Assembly (NCBI GenBank): GCA_001949185.1
Contig: BDGG01000003.1
Span: forward strand, 907,577 to 971,576
DNA length: 64,000 bases
Direction: 5' to 3'
DNA from: Ramazzottius varieornatus
Lineage: Eukaryota; Animalia; Tardigrada
In this document: positions 1-12,277 of the stretch, piece by piece
Position numbering within the stretch: the first letter of the stretch is position 1
How the letters are laid out: every line of letters starts with the position of its first letter
Translations under genes and position numbers: made by a program
The notes under the pieces: generated by a model
Databases searched by the model: none
What the model was told of the DNA's origin: nothing
Seen by the model: only the letters and a program-made list of their open reading frames with translations

Positions 1-344
1 CGGAAATTGGACAACGGGTTCGGGCGATACAAGGAAGTAAATTAAGACCATGGGTGCCCATGACCCATGAGCGTGACTGTACTAAAAATTTCTAATATGC
101 CTAACATAAACAGGCAGGAGCCAGGTTTGCTGAGGCTGAGCTCGCAGGAATTAACTGGATACAGTATCCAAGATCTCAAATTTCACCGTCATTGAGTGGG
201 ACGTAGGAAAATGAAGTGGATGCATCTTTAATCCAAGTGGCGGACGCTTTCCAGATTATTAGCTGATTGCCTGCGCTACTTCGGAGGCCGATATGGTTCA
301 AATCATCTGCCCCAGTTCTAAGTACGGACTGGAGAAATATGTAC

Positions 345-839
345 CTCGTCATTTTCGGCGTTCTCAAAAGCGGGGTTGCTGATCCCCTCTTCCTGAAGGT
401 CCTTCGCGCGTTGCGATAATTCCGCCGGGCTGACCACTATCTCCGGTCGTCGTGTCGTCGAGATCTTCCGTATACTCCAAGAGATCTTCCGTGAGGGTCC
501 TGCATCGTCGCTCATGAGCGTCACTGCTGGTGGATGGGGCGGCGGCCAGTTAGGTTTATTACCCACCTCATCCTCGTGGTACACGGGATTGATGACACCC
601 CCATTCTCCTGCCGTGAGAAAGCTATACGCTGAGGCCCATCCACCGCATCTCCCATTGTGACGGTCTCCCGAACGTCATCCGGTAGAGTGTCGTAGTTAT
701 TACGGCCAGCCAGGGCTTCCTGTGACGATATCTTGCGAACTGAACGCGCCACAGCTTCGATAGGCGCTTGGAAGACTGACTTCTTCCGCGTTGGGGATTG
801 AGGTGGCGGATCCTCGTTGTCCGTATTAGGACGATCCAT
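345..839 (-). CDS. First coding exon of an unidentified gene continuing leftward; disordered N-terminus
   Basis: ATG at 839 opens 165 codons up to a GAG|GTACAT donor near 344. It has repeated RKKS/RKIS motifs and ISNPAFE. Downstream exons could not be resolved. Confidence 0.45.
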
Positions 840-1676
840 CGCGAATGATTAAGCAAGGTACTTGTTGTGCTAAAGTTGAAGTGACGAGCGAAGGTAACCG
901 TTGTAAACTGTCGGACAAGAGAAAATGCGCAGAAAATCACGAAAGAGTGTAATAGCTGGATAGCTGCGGGCGTTGGCGTAGAAGCGCATTTTCCGGTTTA
1001 CGTTATCTCTGCACTTTTGTTTCTTTATGGCATTCGCATTGTCTCGAGCTTATGTTGCACATGTAAGCTCAGCGGATCATTTTCCAGCTCGTTGAAACTG
1101 GCCACCATAAAACATTAAAAGTAGAACGGCGATCGCGCAGCTGATATCTACGCCTTCATTCGCACCTAAGAGACCCAGCTGAAAGTTCATCAATTCGATT
1201 TCATTTTAAGATGTTCTCATCGCTTGTGAAAAAAACGGAGCTGTTTTCAGCTTTGGCTGAATCGGAAATTAGTATAGATACATTACACGAAGTGTGCTCG
1301 TTTCTTCCTGATGAGGCTTCAAGTTCCGGGAGATTCGGACGTCTGTTAGAAATGCCTTCGCTGCAGCTCAAAGATTTGACGCGACGTTCGTTGCACTGCA
1401 CCTACACGTACTTTGCCTAATTATTAACTGGCACCGATCATCTACAGCGGCAGCAGCTAAACTTCGCTGAAATTGACCAATCGATCGAAGCCGGTGGCAA
1501 TAAATTTGTCCACGCCGGTTGTTGCCAGGCAAGCGTCTCCAACGGTAGAGGCAAAACCAAATTGTTTAATCTGACCATTGACCAGCATGGCTCCAGACCG
1601 GTAAGTAGAAATCGTTCCGAGCAATTACCTGAATACTTTAGACTGCAAATTGCTATAGTTTCAATTTGGGAGTGGC

Positions 1677-4053
1677 ATGGTGTGGATAACTGATTATTGT
1701 CCCGATGCAGCATTGGACGTTGTACTGCGCTTTCCACTTGCCCTGCTGCTCGACCACATTCTGGGGACGCTATGGCTCCAGTCCGATCAGGCCAGCCTTC
1801 AGTCAACCGTTCCTCCCTCCACAAAAGGCAAGGATGCACTAGCCGTTACACCATTGGCCGATTGGACAAGCTTGACATATTACGCACAATCCAAACTCTT
1901 CCTGATAACCGGTATATAAGTCAATATTCGTTGTCATTTTGAGCCTTCATGCGGCGACCATTTTGTGTTTTTCCATAGCTGCGTTCACCTGCTGGATGAC
2001 CGTCAAGTTCCTTCCCCGCTCCCAACTTCTCCTGTTCGCCGTATTCCTCGAAGGCTTGGCCGTCTTTTGCAGCATACTGCTCATCAACCTCTCTCTACCG
2101 GCAGTTACATTCAGCACGGCCATCGGTGCCATGGTCCTAGTTAACTTCCTCCACGCTCAGCTGATCAGTGATCTTCGGCACCTTCGCTTCTTCGAAATCG
2201 TTGCTGTACCGTCGCTGGCTGGAGTCATCGGCTCGCGTAGCTCCAACATTGCCCAAAGCCCCTGGCTCAACATCTGGCCTTGCTTGCCTTTGCTGGTCAT
2301 TTGTGCACGCACACTGGAAGCAACAGGTGTTCGTACACTATCTTACCGATATTTTCCTCCATGTTGAAACTTATAATTATATACTATTTCATGGAGTCAT
2401 CTATAGGTATGACTGTAAGCACGGAAGCATTCAGCACTACCTACTTGCTACTGGCGTGGACGCTAGCCGCTCCGGTCGGCTGGTTTCTGCTCGACGGGCT
2501 GCGGTGGCGGTTGTATGCAGCCAGACAGTCGCTCAGCGCTCGTTACCGACCGGGAATAAGGCTCTCGGTGATTGGCTCCTACTACGCTTGCATCGATAAC
2601 TTCCACTGGCAGTCGGTCGGTGAAGAAGCGGTCAATGCAGCTTACGTAGCAGTGTGGACCAGCAAAGTCTTCTATGAGGTCGGCACATCCCTAACAAGGT
2701 AACGTCATCTACTGTAGTAGCGATGCCTTTTATAAATTCCTATGTCAATGATGATCTATTCTTTCAAAAGGACGACAAGTTCTGCGGCTCTGGCCAACGT
2801 CCTGTCCGCCCTGCTGGCCGCCACTGTATCCTCCTACGTTTCGCTCTTTGGTTTCTGTTGGATCGTCGGCCACATCTACCGCGAGATCTCCAGCAAGTGG
2901 CTCTCCTCGGTCGACGTCATCCTAACATCGCCACAACTCAGTGCACAAGAGATGCAGCGTTTCGACTTCTCCGGCCATCTTTTCGTCTTTGCCTACCAAG
3001 GCAACCTGCTGGTCGACCCAGCCAACAGCTCCAGCATCGACCCACTGACACGTCTCTTAGCCTTCCTGTTGCTCTATCGTCTTGCCCAAATACCCGACCA
3101 CGTTCGCGCCTACTCACACGCCATCTCGGTCGAAGGGACTGGTCCGCGGCAGTATTATGCCCGAGCGTTGATCGAAGGTGCCATCACACCATGCTTGCTG
3201 GGGCTGGCGCTGCTACCTCGAGTGTGGCGAGTTACCAATGCACCGACAGATCTGCTGTCGGCGGTGTGGAACAGGAATATTTCAACGGGTTTCCCAGCAG
3301 AGTTCGAACTTTGGCTACACTCCGAAACGTTATTTTCCGCAGGTAAACTTTGGCCTTGGGCACAAAACATTGGTTCCTTAACGATTAGACTGACTGAAGG
3401 GACTTTTAGGTGATCTGGTAGTGGCGGTGATCGTCGCGGGCTTGAGTACCATTGCTTATCCGCGCCAACAGGTGACAGACGAGGCGGGCATTTCGGCCCA
3501 TTTCTGGCATGGATATTTGGGTACCGTCGACTACGGTAGCAAAGTTTACTCCCAAATCGTTCGCGAACTGGCCGGTATCATCGTCCATTTCGTCATCATG
3601 ACGCTGATGTTCGAACACCTCTGGCGAGTAACGGTCACCGATGAGCAGGACGCCACGATGTTGGGTTGGTACGAAGTGGTCAACTTTCTGGTGTACTTCG
3701 GACGGTACGCTGACGGGAACGTTCGCTTCTCTTACACGACCCAACACGGTATCGTCAGTGACGCGGTGTGCTCCTACAAGTGTGTCATCAGAGAACTGCC
3801 TTCGCCGGATGAGGAAGCGCATAAGGCCTGGGAGGACTGTTGTGGTATATGTTACGACAATGAAGAGGACCGACTGAAGCTGTGTGTCTTTCCCTGTCTG
3901 CATTTCTTCCATCGAGATTGTATTGGAGAGTGGTTGAAGATGAGGATGGTCTGTCCCATGTGTATGCGCAAAGTGTGGTTCGACAGAGGCTCGGTCAAGA
4001 TGGACAATATGGTGGCGCCACCAGCTGATCCACCTTTGCCTGTGACTGACTGA
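1677..4053 (+). CDS. TRC8/RNF139/RNF145-like multi-pass ER RING-H2 E3 ubiquitin ligase (5 exons)
   Basis: Exons 1677-1911, 1979-2326, 2407-2698, 2771-3342 and 3410-4053 join in phase through GT-AG introns. N-terminal AALDVVLRFPLALLLDHIL resembles the TRC8_N start (AALEVALRVPCLYIIDAIF). There are many hydrophobic segments and a C-terminal RING-H2, CGIC..CLHFFHRDC..W..CPMC. Confidence 0.85.
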
Positions 4054-4688
4054 TTTGGTTGAAAAAATAGCATTCTCAAACACCATCGCGCTTTCTTTTT
4101 CTCTGAGTTAAATCACAGCTGAATATTGCCGACAGTACAATGGCGTTCGAGTTCATGGAAGAACTGGAATAGATTTGACGTCATTTCGAATGACGAACAA
4201 ACAACACAGACACGCGCAGCAAAAGTGACCACATTCTTTGCCAAAATTCGTGAAATGAGATTTAGTAAACCAGTGATAACTCCACTGTATACGTTAACTA
4301 GTCGTTTTTTGCTGGTCTCCGCCCTGAGACAAAAAAAATCTGCTGGGTTATCGAACGCTGTTGGCAACTTTTGGCACCAACCGATGGAACAGACTTGAAA
4401 AGGAAGAAATTCAGAAGCTGCAGAGCTCATTGTCTTCGCTCCTACTGAACCTGTAATTCGAAGCGGAAAGACCGGTTTTGAGCTTCAAATATCTGCGCTG
4501 CTGTAATGGTCACTATCATCTTCTGCCATTGTTCGCCACATCGCTCGAGTTTTGATTTGGCCTCCGCGTGGTGATATGCAGCGGTGTTACCGCACCGGAT
4601 CGTATGGTCTTCTTGTTCGAAAGCCGCATTCCGGCTCGCTAGACAGCCGGTAGTTTTGTTTTGTGCAACAGTCTAAAACGAGGCGAAA

Positions 4689-7600
4689 ATGACCAGCAAT
4701 GGCTTTCAACGTGTGCCGACAACCGATCCAGACAACGATGAACAAGACGGAGATGTCGTTCCCCCCATGGTGAGTACTGCACAATGTTCAGCTGCAAGTG
4801 CAAGCCATCAGGTGGTTTACACGGCCAGGAGTTCATGCTGTCGGTGTTGCAGAACCAGGCGTCGCTGAGGCCGACACGCGTCTCCCGCGTCCACTATGAC
4901 GAGTCAGCTCTGCTTCGACCGCCCCAGACGCACTTGCCAGCCTTGTATGAAGAGGGAGGACCAAGACGTCCAGCACGCAAAAGCACCATCGAGACCTACC
5001 TTGATGAAGAAACCCGCCCAGCGCCCACTCGACGTATTTCGCTGGCTCGCAAATCCAGGACGGAACGACCAGACTTGGACGAACTCAAGAAGGAAATTCG
5101 CATTGTAGGTCGGGCTTTTCCCAGAAATAATGACTATGAATTTTCGGGAATGGTTGATGGGAAAATGTCGATAGGATGAACACACTATTCCACAAGAGAT
5201 CCTGTACGAACGTCTGCGGACCGATCCCTTGAAAGGACTGACCAGTGAGGAAGCGAAGAAACGGCTGGACAAGGATGGACCCAACGAACTGACACCTCCC
5301 GTCGCCGAATCCGAATGGAGGAAGTTTGCCCACCATCTGTTCGGTGGCTTCAGCATGCTACTGTGGATCGGCTTTGTGCTTTGTATGTTGGCTTATGGAC
5401 TGCAGTATTTGACTATGCGCCCTGAGGACATTACGTACGACAATGTAAGTGCAAACAAAGATGACTGGGAAGTCGGCAAATGATTTGAACACGATCGTAG
5501 TTTTTAGGTGGCGCACATTACGTTTGTTACTGGCTGACAGTGTGTGCGCCACTAGGGAAGACGATCGTGTTCAAGTTATTGCGCTTCGATGGTTCGAGAA
5601 TTGGGACTTGCGAGCCTTATCATGCATTCTGCAGTTGTACCTTGGTATCGCTCTGTTACTTGTGGTGGTACTCAGCAGTGTCTTCGCCTACTACCAAGAA
5701 CGCAAGTCGGCCGACATCATGAACTCGTTCAAAAAGATGGTACCAAAGTTCACAACCGTGATCCGCGACGGACAGAGGCAGAGCGTCCACACTGTCGACA
5801 TTGTCAAAGGTGACATCGTCCAAGTGTCGGCCGGTGACACCATGCCCGCTGACATCGTCATCATCGAAGCACAGTCCTTTAAAGTCGACAACTCATCCAT
5901 CACCGGCGAGTCCGAAGCCCAGATTCGTACGCCTAAATTCACCAGCGACAATCCACTGGAATCAAAGAACCTGGCTTTCTTCTCGACGAATGCCATGCAA
6001 GGCACAGCTATCGGCGTGGTGATTTACACTGGGGATAATACTGTAATTGGTAGAGTGGCCAACCTTGCCAGTAACGTCGAACATGTGCCGACACCGCTGT
6101 CGAAGGAGCTGGATCATGTCATTTTGGTCTCGACTTCCATCGCTTTTCTGATTGGTGGGATATTCTTCATCCTGTCGCTCATCTATGGCTTCCATTGGCT
6201 GGACTCCATGATCTTCTTGATTGGTTTGATTGTGGCGTACGTCCCCGAAGGTCTGCAGATGACCGTCACGGTACGAGAATACTTCCGTCGGAGCATCATT
6301 GCGGTTTCAAGACACGTGACATAATCGTTGATATTGCAGATTTGTTTGACGCTGACCGCGAGAAGGATGGCGAAGAAGAATTGCCTGGTGAAAAATCTCG
6401 ATGCGGTAGAAACGCTGGGCTCAACGTCAATCATCTGTACGGACAAGACCGGCACGTTGACACAGAACCGAATGACCGTTGCGCATGTGTGGATGGACAA
6501 CAACATTGCGCTAGCCGACACCACCGAAGACCGCAGCGGTGAGCACCGTGAATCGCAGTAGCTCTAGTTTTCCCCTTCAAACATATCTTAAGCGAATTAG
6601 ATCGGCGGTTGATGCTTGTAGCGCATCTTGATGAAGCGTACATTTTTCTACAGGTTTGAGTACGATCGATGTGGAATCACCGACATGGCATGCGTTCAAC
6701 CAGGTAGCCCGGTTGTGCAACAATGCCGAGTTCCTACCTGACCAGGAAGACAAACCAATTGTGGAACGGCTGGTCAAGGGAGATGCTAGCGAGACCGCCA
6801 TCTACAAGTTTACCGAACTGATGACTCCTGGAGTTGCTCCTTATCGCGCCCAGCACAAGAAGGTTGCCGAAATCCCTTTCAACTCTGCCAATAAATACCA
6901 GGTACAGTACGCAATATCGATGCATCACCAATGCGGTTTCCTGAGGTCGAAGACTTGGAGTACATACGACATTTTTGTACGTCAATTTCCCACTACAGGT
7001 ATCCATCCACCAGCGAGATGATGGTCCGGGCCACTTGCTGGTGATGAAAGGCGCACCCGAACGTATCCTCAAGATGTGCAGTACTGTCCTGATCAACGGT
7101 CAGGACGTCCCACTGGACACCAACACGACTATCCACTACAATGCCGCCTATGAGAAGCTGGGCGAAATGGGCGAGCGTCTCCTCGGTCTTTGCCGCTACG
7201 ATCTGCCTATCGACCAGTTCCCAGATGGCTACCCATTCGACACTGAAGAAGTCAACTTTCCAATGTCCAACCTACAGTTCGTCGGACTGGTTGCCTTGAT
7301 CGACCCTCCACGGGCCTCCGTTCCAGAAGCCGTTCAGAAATGTCGCAAGGCCGGCATCAAAGTCATCATGGTTACTGGCGATCACCCTATTACGGCCAAG
7401 GCCATCGCCCGACAAGTGGGCATCATTTCGGAAGGCGTACTTACAGCTCAAGAGGTCAGTTTCTCTCATCATCGAAGGTTATCTTTCCTGAAGAATGTCA
7501 GAGCCAATTTCAGAGCCGGCCACTGTATTGGTATCCGCATATTTTCTCGCAGTTGAAACAGTCCAGTCCAATGCGACGACGACGTGGTCACACCAGCGCC

Positions 7601-9008
7601 ACTGCTCAGGCAACGGTCATCCACGGAGACGAACTGCGCTACATGACCGAGGACGAACTGCAGCACGTTCTTAGAGCTTACTCTGAGATAGTATTCGCAA
7701 GGACCTCACCGACGCAGAAGCTCAGAGTCGTGGAAGGATGCCAAAAGATGGGTGCCATTGTGGCCGTGACTGGTGACGGTGTAAATGACTCGCCGGCCTT
7801 GTCCAAAGCCGACATCGGTATCGCCATGGGTATCGCAGGAAGTGAGGTAAGCAAACAGGCAGCGGATATGATCTTAATGGATGACAACTTTGCATCGATC
7901 GTCACCGGCGTGGAGGAAGGCCGGGTTATTTTCGACAACCTGAAGAAGGCTATTGTGTACACGCTGACGTCGAAGGGTCCTGAAACCTTACCATTCATCT
8001 GCTTCATCCTGTTCGATCTGCCTTTGGCACTGGGAACCGCCATGATCTTGCTGATTGATTTCTCCACTGACTTGGTAAAGAAATTAAAGAGACCAATCGA
8101 TCAACCGAAAGATGCATGACTATTCTTATTTTTTTTACAGCTTCCCGCCATTTCGCTGGTTCACGAAAAAGAAGAGAAAGACGTCATGCGGCGACCACCC
8201 CGCGATCCCCAAAACGACCATCTGGTTACCAGTGCTTTACTGCAAAAAGCCTACTTCCAGTCCGGTATCATTGAAGGTCTCGGTGGTCTCTTCGCCTTCT
8301 TCGTCGTACTGGGAGAGAATGGCTTCTGGCCACGAACGTTATTCGGCATCCGACCGGAATGGGACAATCCGCTGGACGATGCAGTCGTCGATGCCTACGG
8401 CCAGGAATGGGTAAATTTGGTATTTCGATCGGAAGCCCTCACTACGATACTTCAATGCCTATTCGCTTCTTCAGAACTACCGACAACGGAAAGTGCTGGA
8501 ACAAACGGGGCAAACTGCCTACTTCCTTGCTGTGGTGTTCATCCAGTGGTTCAATGTGTTGACTTGCCGGTCGAGACGTTACTCTATCTTTTCTTACGGA
8601 ATGAAGTAAGTTTCCCACTGTCGCGAGACGCGGAATTAAGTTTGTCAAATATCGACCCTACGTTATTCTGCAACGCTGACTGCTTTTCAGGAACTGGGTG
8701 TTGAATTTCTCGCTGATATTTGAGTTTGGAATGGCCATGTTCCTTGTCTTTACACCAGGAATGGAAGTTGCTCTGCGCTTCCGGCCACTGAGGTAACTGT
8801 GCGCCCGACTTCAGCTTACAGATTACCTTAGACTGATGAGGCGGCTCGGCCTGATGCATAGTGACTAAAGAAACATTTTGGCCGCAGGTGGATGTGGTTC
8901 TTCCCGGGGATTCCTTTCGGTATTTACCTACTTGCTTACGATGAAATCCGCAAGTACATCCTTAGGCACGACCCCAAAGGCTTCATAGCCCGAGAAACGT
9001 ACTGGTAG
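4689..9008 (+). CDS. P2C-type Na+/K+-ATPase alpha subunit (divergent paralogue)
   Basis: Exons 4689-4769, 4853-5104, 5175-5444, 5635-6270, 6340-6538, 6654-6901, 6999-7454, 7553-8074, 8141-8410, 8475-8605, 8691-8792 and 8888-9008. Motifs: [63 protein letters not shown], and C-terminal ETYW. Confidence 0.95.
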
Positions 9009-10541
9009 ACAGATCAGGCGTACGCGTAAAGTAGCGGTGTAATTTATAAGCTGAAACTAGTAACACGTCCACAGTTAGTACTTTAATTTATCCTTCTCAG
9101 ATTTTTCTGTATCTACCTGCACCGTTGACGATACCTGAAAGCAAATCAAGATTAAATTATGACTACTGTAGATACATCCTATATCCGAGAGACGTCGGTG
9201 GCCTGCTTTGTGGTAATGGGAAAAAGTACCGCATTCCCTGACAGGCCGGAGAGGTCGTTTTGAGCTTCGGCCGAAAGAAGCCGTTGCTTCACAGGTTCCA
9301 ATTACTGTTCTGCTTGGTCGAGCATTATTGTTCTGTTCAACCATGCATACTTTGCAAACCGCGCACCAGATGTACATGTAAAACGCCAGCGTGCTTTGTA
9401 ATTACTGTAGATGACGGAATTTTGCAACGGTTTGTTTACGAAAATACAACAAAGGCCGACGTTCCGACTAATTCATTATACAAGACCTGAAAATCGCGAG
9501 GTACAGTATCAATAGTGCCCTTGATCTGTCAAATTTGATAGAGTGCTACGGCTCTGTTCTTTCTATTTAAGTTTGACACCCCCATCACAATAAGAATGCA
9601 GCTAATGTCATCTGCAGGGTCGTGTGGGTGCCTGAGGTGATCTTACTCCTCCGCTGTTTTGTGTTGAACTACGAGAGAGTGCGTGACCACAGAGGATCAG
9701 TGCTGGCGCAAACAAAAAAGTTTCGCGGTAGCAGCGAGAACTCGAATGTACGGCCCTTCAAATTAGTCGAGCCATCAGTCTGGGTCGACCAGAAAGAGAT
9801 GAATTGTCAGTTTCTCCATGCATTTGGTCCAGTGCAACGTACGTACATGCGGTTTACCTCCTTTCGGCTTATGTAGGTTGTCACTCCCCGTTCCCAACTG
9901 CTAACACGAAAAGTAAAAAATAATTGTTTGCGGCAAAATTGGATTTTTCGCAAGTCTCGGAAACGTGGGTATATAACGATAGGTCTTGGACAGCGCAAAC
10001 GCACTCTTTCACTCGTCTAGCACCACGAACAACCCTTGAACACGTTCAGGCAATTATGAGGAAACTTGGGTAATTCTGGAAATTTCAGATAAAATTGGCC
10101 AATTGTAGTGAAAATTGACCATTGCCCGAAGTCAATTGCCTTAAAATGTCTTTTCTGCTCTCGAGTCTGTAAAGCCTACTCTCGAGTCTGTAATTGGCGG
10201 TTAGTTCCTCATGTGTTAGAACTTAGATACGTACAGTGTGTAGCTTTCTTCCCATTAGTCGTGAGTGAGGCAAAACTGCGTGTTTCCAAAGTCTCGGAAA
10301 CGGGAGCGGAAATGCGCGAGTTTTGCGGGGTAGGTTTGTAGGCAAACTTTGCCGCCTGACTAGGCTGAAATTCATGGTTTTCTGTCTGGGTAGTCTCTGT
10401 CTGTTGATATCCGCGACACTAATAGTTATCAAGAAGCCTATACGTGAAACGGTATCTCGCAACGTGAGGCACTGTGCAGACAGAGATCAGCTGAGAAATG
10501 AAAATTGAGATTTTGAGTCAAGTGTGCAGAGAATAATTTGT

Positions 10542-10591
10542 TTTCGCTTTCAAGATAAGCTACTCGAGGGCTGCTTATCTTGAAAGCGAAA
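10542..10591. repeat. Perfect 19-bp inverted repeat with 12-nt loop
   Basis: TTTCGCTTTCAAGATAAGC (10542-10560) pairs with GCTTATCTTGAAAGCGAAA (10573-10591). Confidence 0.9.
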
Positions 10592-11263
10592 CTTTGTAAT
10601 CCACTTTCAAGATCAACATAATCAACGGAGTCTTACGGCCTGTCGTGAGGAGGACTATTGCTAGTTCATCTTGTTCTGGGCCCTACGGGCCTACGTTTTC
10701 TGGCTTTGGTTCGACGGTCTGCTAAGAGTTTACCACATAGCATAGTCGCAGCCAGAACGGACATTTTTTTCTGGACAGACTGAGACCTAAAACCCTTATA
10801 CAACAACAAATTTCTCCAGCTAGTGGATATAATGCCCTGTCACCCCACCCGAGCGAGACCGGCGCTGTAGATGTTCCAACTGCTCCCCTACTCGAATCAG
10901 CATATTATTCTGTCTAATTACGCACAGCATACTTTACATACCGTACATCAGGTGTTTGAACGCCGGGAGCTTCCGTGCTTGACATTTACAGTGTAATACC
11001 ACAGCATTTATTTACGCAGGCGAAGCAAAGCTTAGCGCTCCGACTGATTCATACTACATCCCGGACGAGCGTATGCGCTGCGCAGTCATGCGAAAACTTC
11101 CTTCGGGGAACGGAAGTAGCTGTGGGTGGATGCGAACACACATCCCACTGAAACAATTAGATGGATGCTGGAAAACGTAAAATATCATCTTTTAGCCCAA
11201 CCTTTTAGCCGACAAGGCAGAAGCAAATTCGAACTGTCTTTTAACGTGCGCCCTGAAGTAACA

Positions 11264-12277
11264 ATGAACAAATCCCACATTGTTCTGGCGTTGTCCAATT
11301 CGACGCACGACTTGCTACCTGCATTGCCTGCTATCAGTTTTCTTTGGTGGTTTCTTGCTCTTACAATCTTCTTTGGATCAGTCCTACCAATCGCCGTCAT
11401 TTTAAAAACGCCTGCTCTTCGCACTGTTTTCGTCACCTACGTGCTGAATATCTTACTCGCCGAACTGATCGTGGTAGTTTATATGGTCTTATTTGCTCTG
11501 GAAACCAGCTACGGTCCTCGGATTATAGGATTCGTCCTATGTCCATTAGTCGATTCGATATATGATCTGTGTACTCTAGTCATTGGCTGGACTGAACTTA
11601 TCATCAGCGTGACGCGTGCATGGGCGCTGTTGTTCCCGTTACATTTTCGACGCCGTCGGAAAACTTCGATGGCAACCTACATTTGTTGCGGGTTATGGTT
11701 AGTTTCAGCGGCGATTGTTGTACCATATGCTGCACTGAACTTTGTAACGAGCTGGACTAGCAGAAAACTGATGAATCGATGCGTGGGTATTTCGCCTGTC
11801 CAACACCCACTGTATACACAAATTCTCGCGACTTCTGCGATCATACCTCCAGTTTGCATTTTGCTCCTGTACCCATTGATATGCAAAAAGTACCTCGATG
11901 TGCGAAAAGTTCGAACTGGATTGGAGGCACGGTGCCAACCAGCGGTAGATAAAGCTGATCTTCCGGCACGCATTACCCGACACGAGTACGAGAGCTTCCT
12001 GGTTTTGACATGGATTACGCTGTGCGTGGTTCTATTTTGGATTCCAGCTTCAGTATACCAAGTATTAGCTCGTGTTTTGGACCTGCCGGCCACATACGAA
12101 CGCATTGGAGGAACCTGGGTCGTGCTCTGGTCTTTAATGCATGCCTGTCTCGAGCCATACGTCTTCATGTTAACTATTCGTCCGCTTCGTCAAGAAATTT
12201 CGATCCTTCTTCGCAAACTTGTAGTTCAGTATCTTGGGCCGTTCAGATGCAGTAGTTCGCTGACTCACCGCCCCTGA
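11264..12277 (+). CDS. Intronless class A (rhodopsin-like) orphan GPCR
   Basis: Seven hydrophobic segments, N-terminal sequons NKS/NST, TM2 NILLAE, TM3 ISVTRAWALLFP, extracellular-loop Cys, TM6 FWIP and TM7 EPYVF. Start chosen at ATG 11264 because the ORF track begins at a GTG. Confidence 0.85.
   Translation: MNKSHIVLALSNSTHDLLPALPAISFLWWFLALTIFFGSVLPIAVILKTPALRTVFVTYVLNILLAELIVVVYMVLFALETSYGPRIIGFVLCPLVDSIYDLCTLVIGWTELIISVTRAWALLFPLHFRRRRKTSMATYICCGLWLVSAAIVVPYAALNFVTSWTSRKLMNRCVGISPVQHPLYTQILATSAIIPPVCILLLYPLICKKYLDVRKVRTGLEARCQPAVDKADLPARITRHEYESFLVLTWITLCVVLFWIPASVYQVLARVLDLPATYERIGGTWVVLWSLMHACLEPYVFMLTIRPLRQEISILLRKLVVQYLGPFRCSSSLTHRP

Noticed and set aside
1211-1600. ORF and splice-like sites upstream of the TRC8-like gene
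   Set aside because: TRC8 similarity starts at ATG 1677; this region is probably 5' UTR exons or non-coding.
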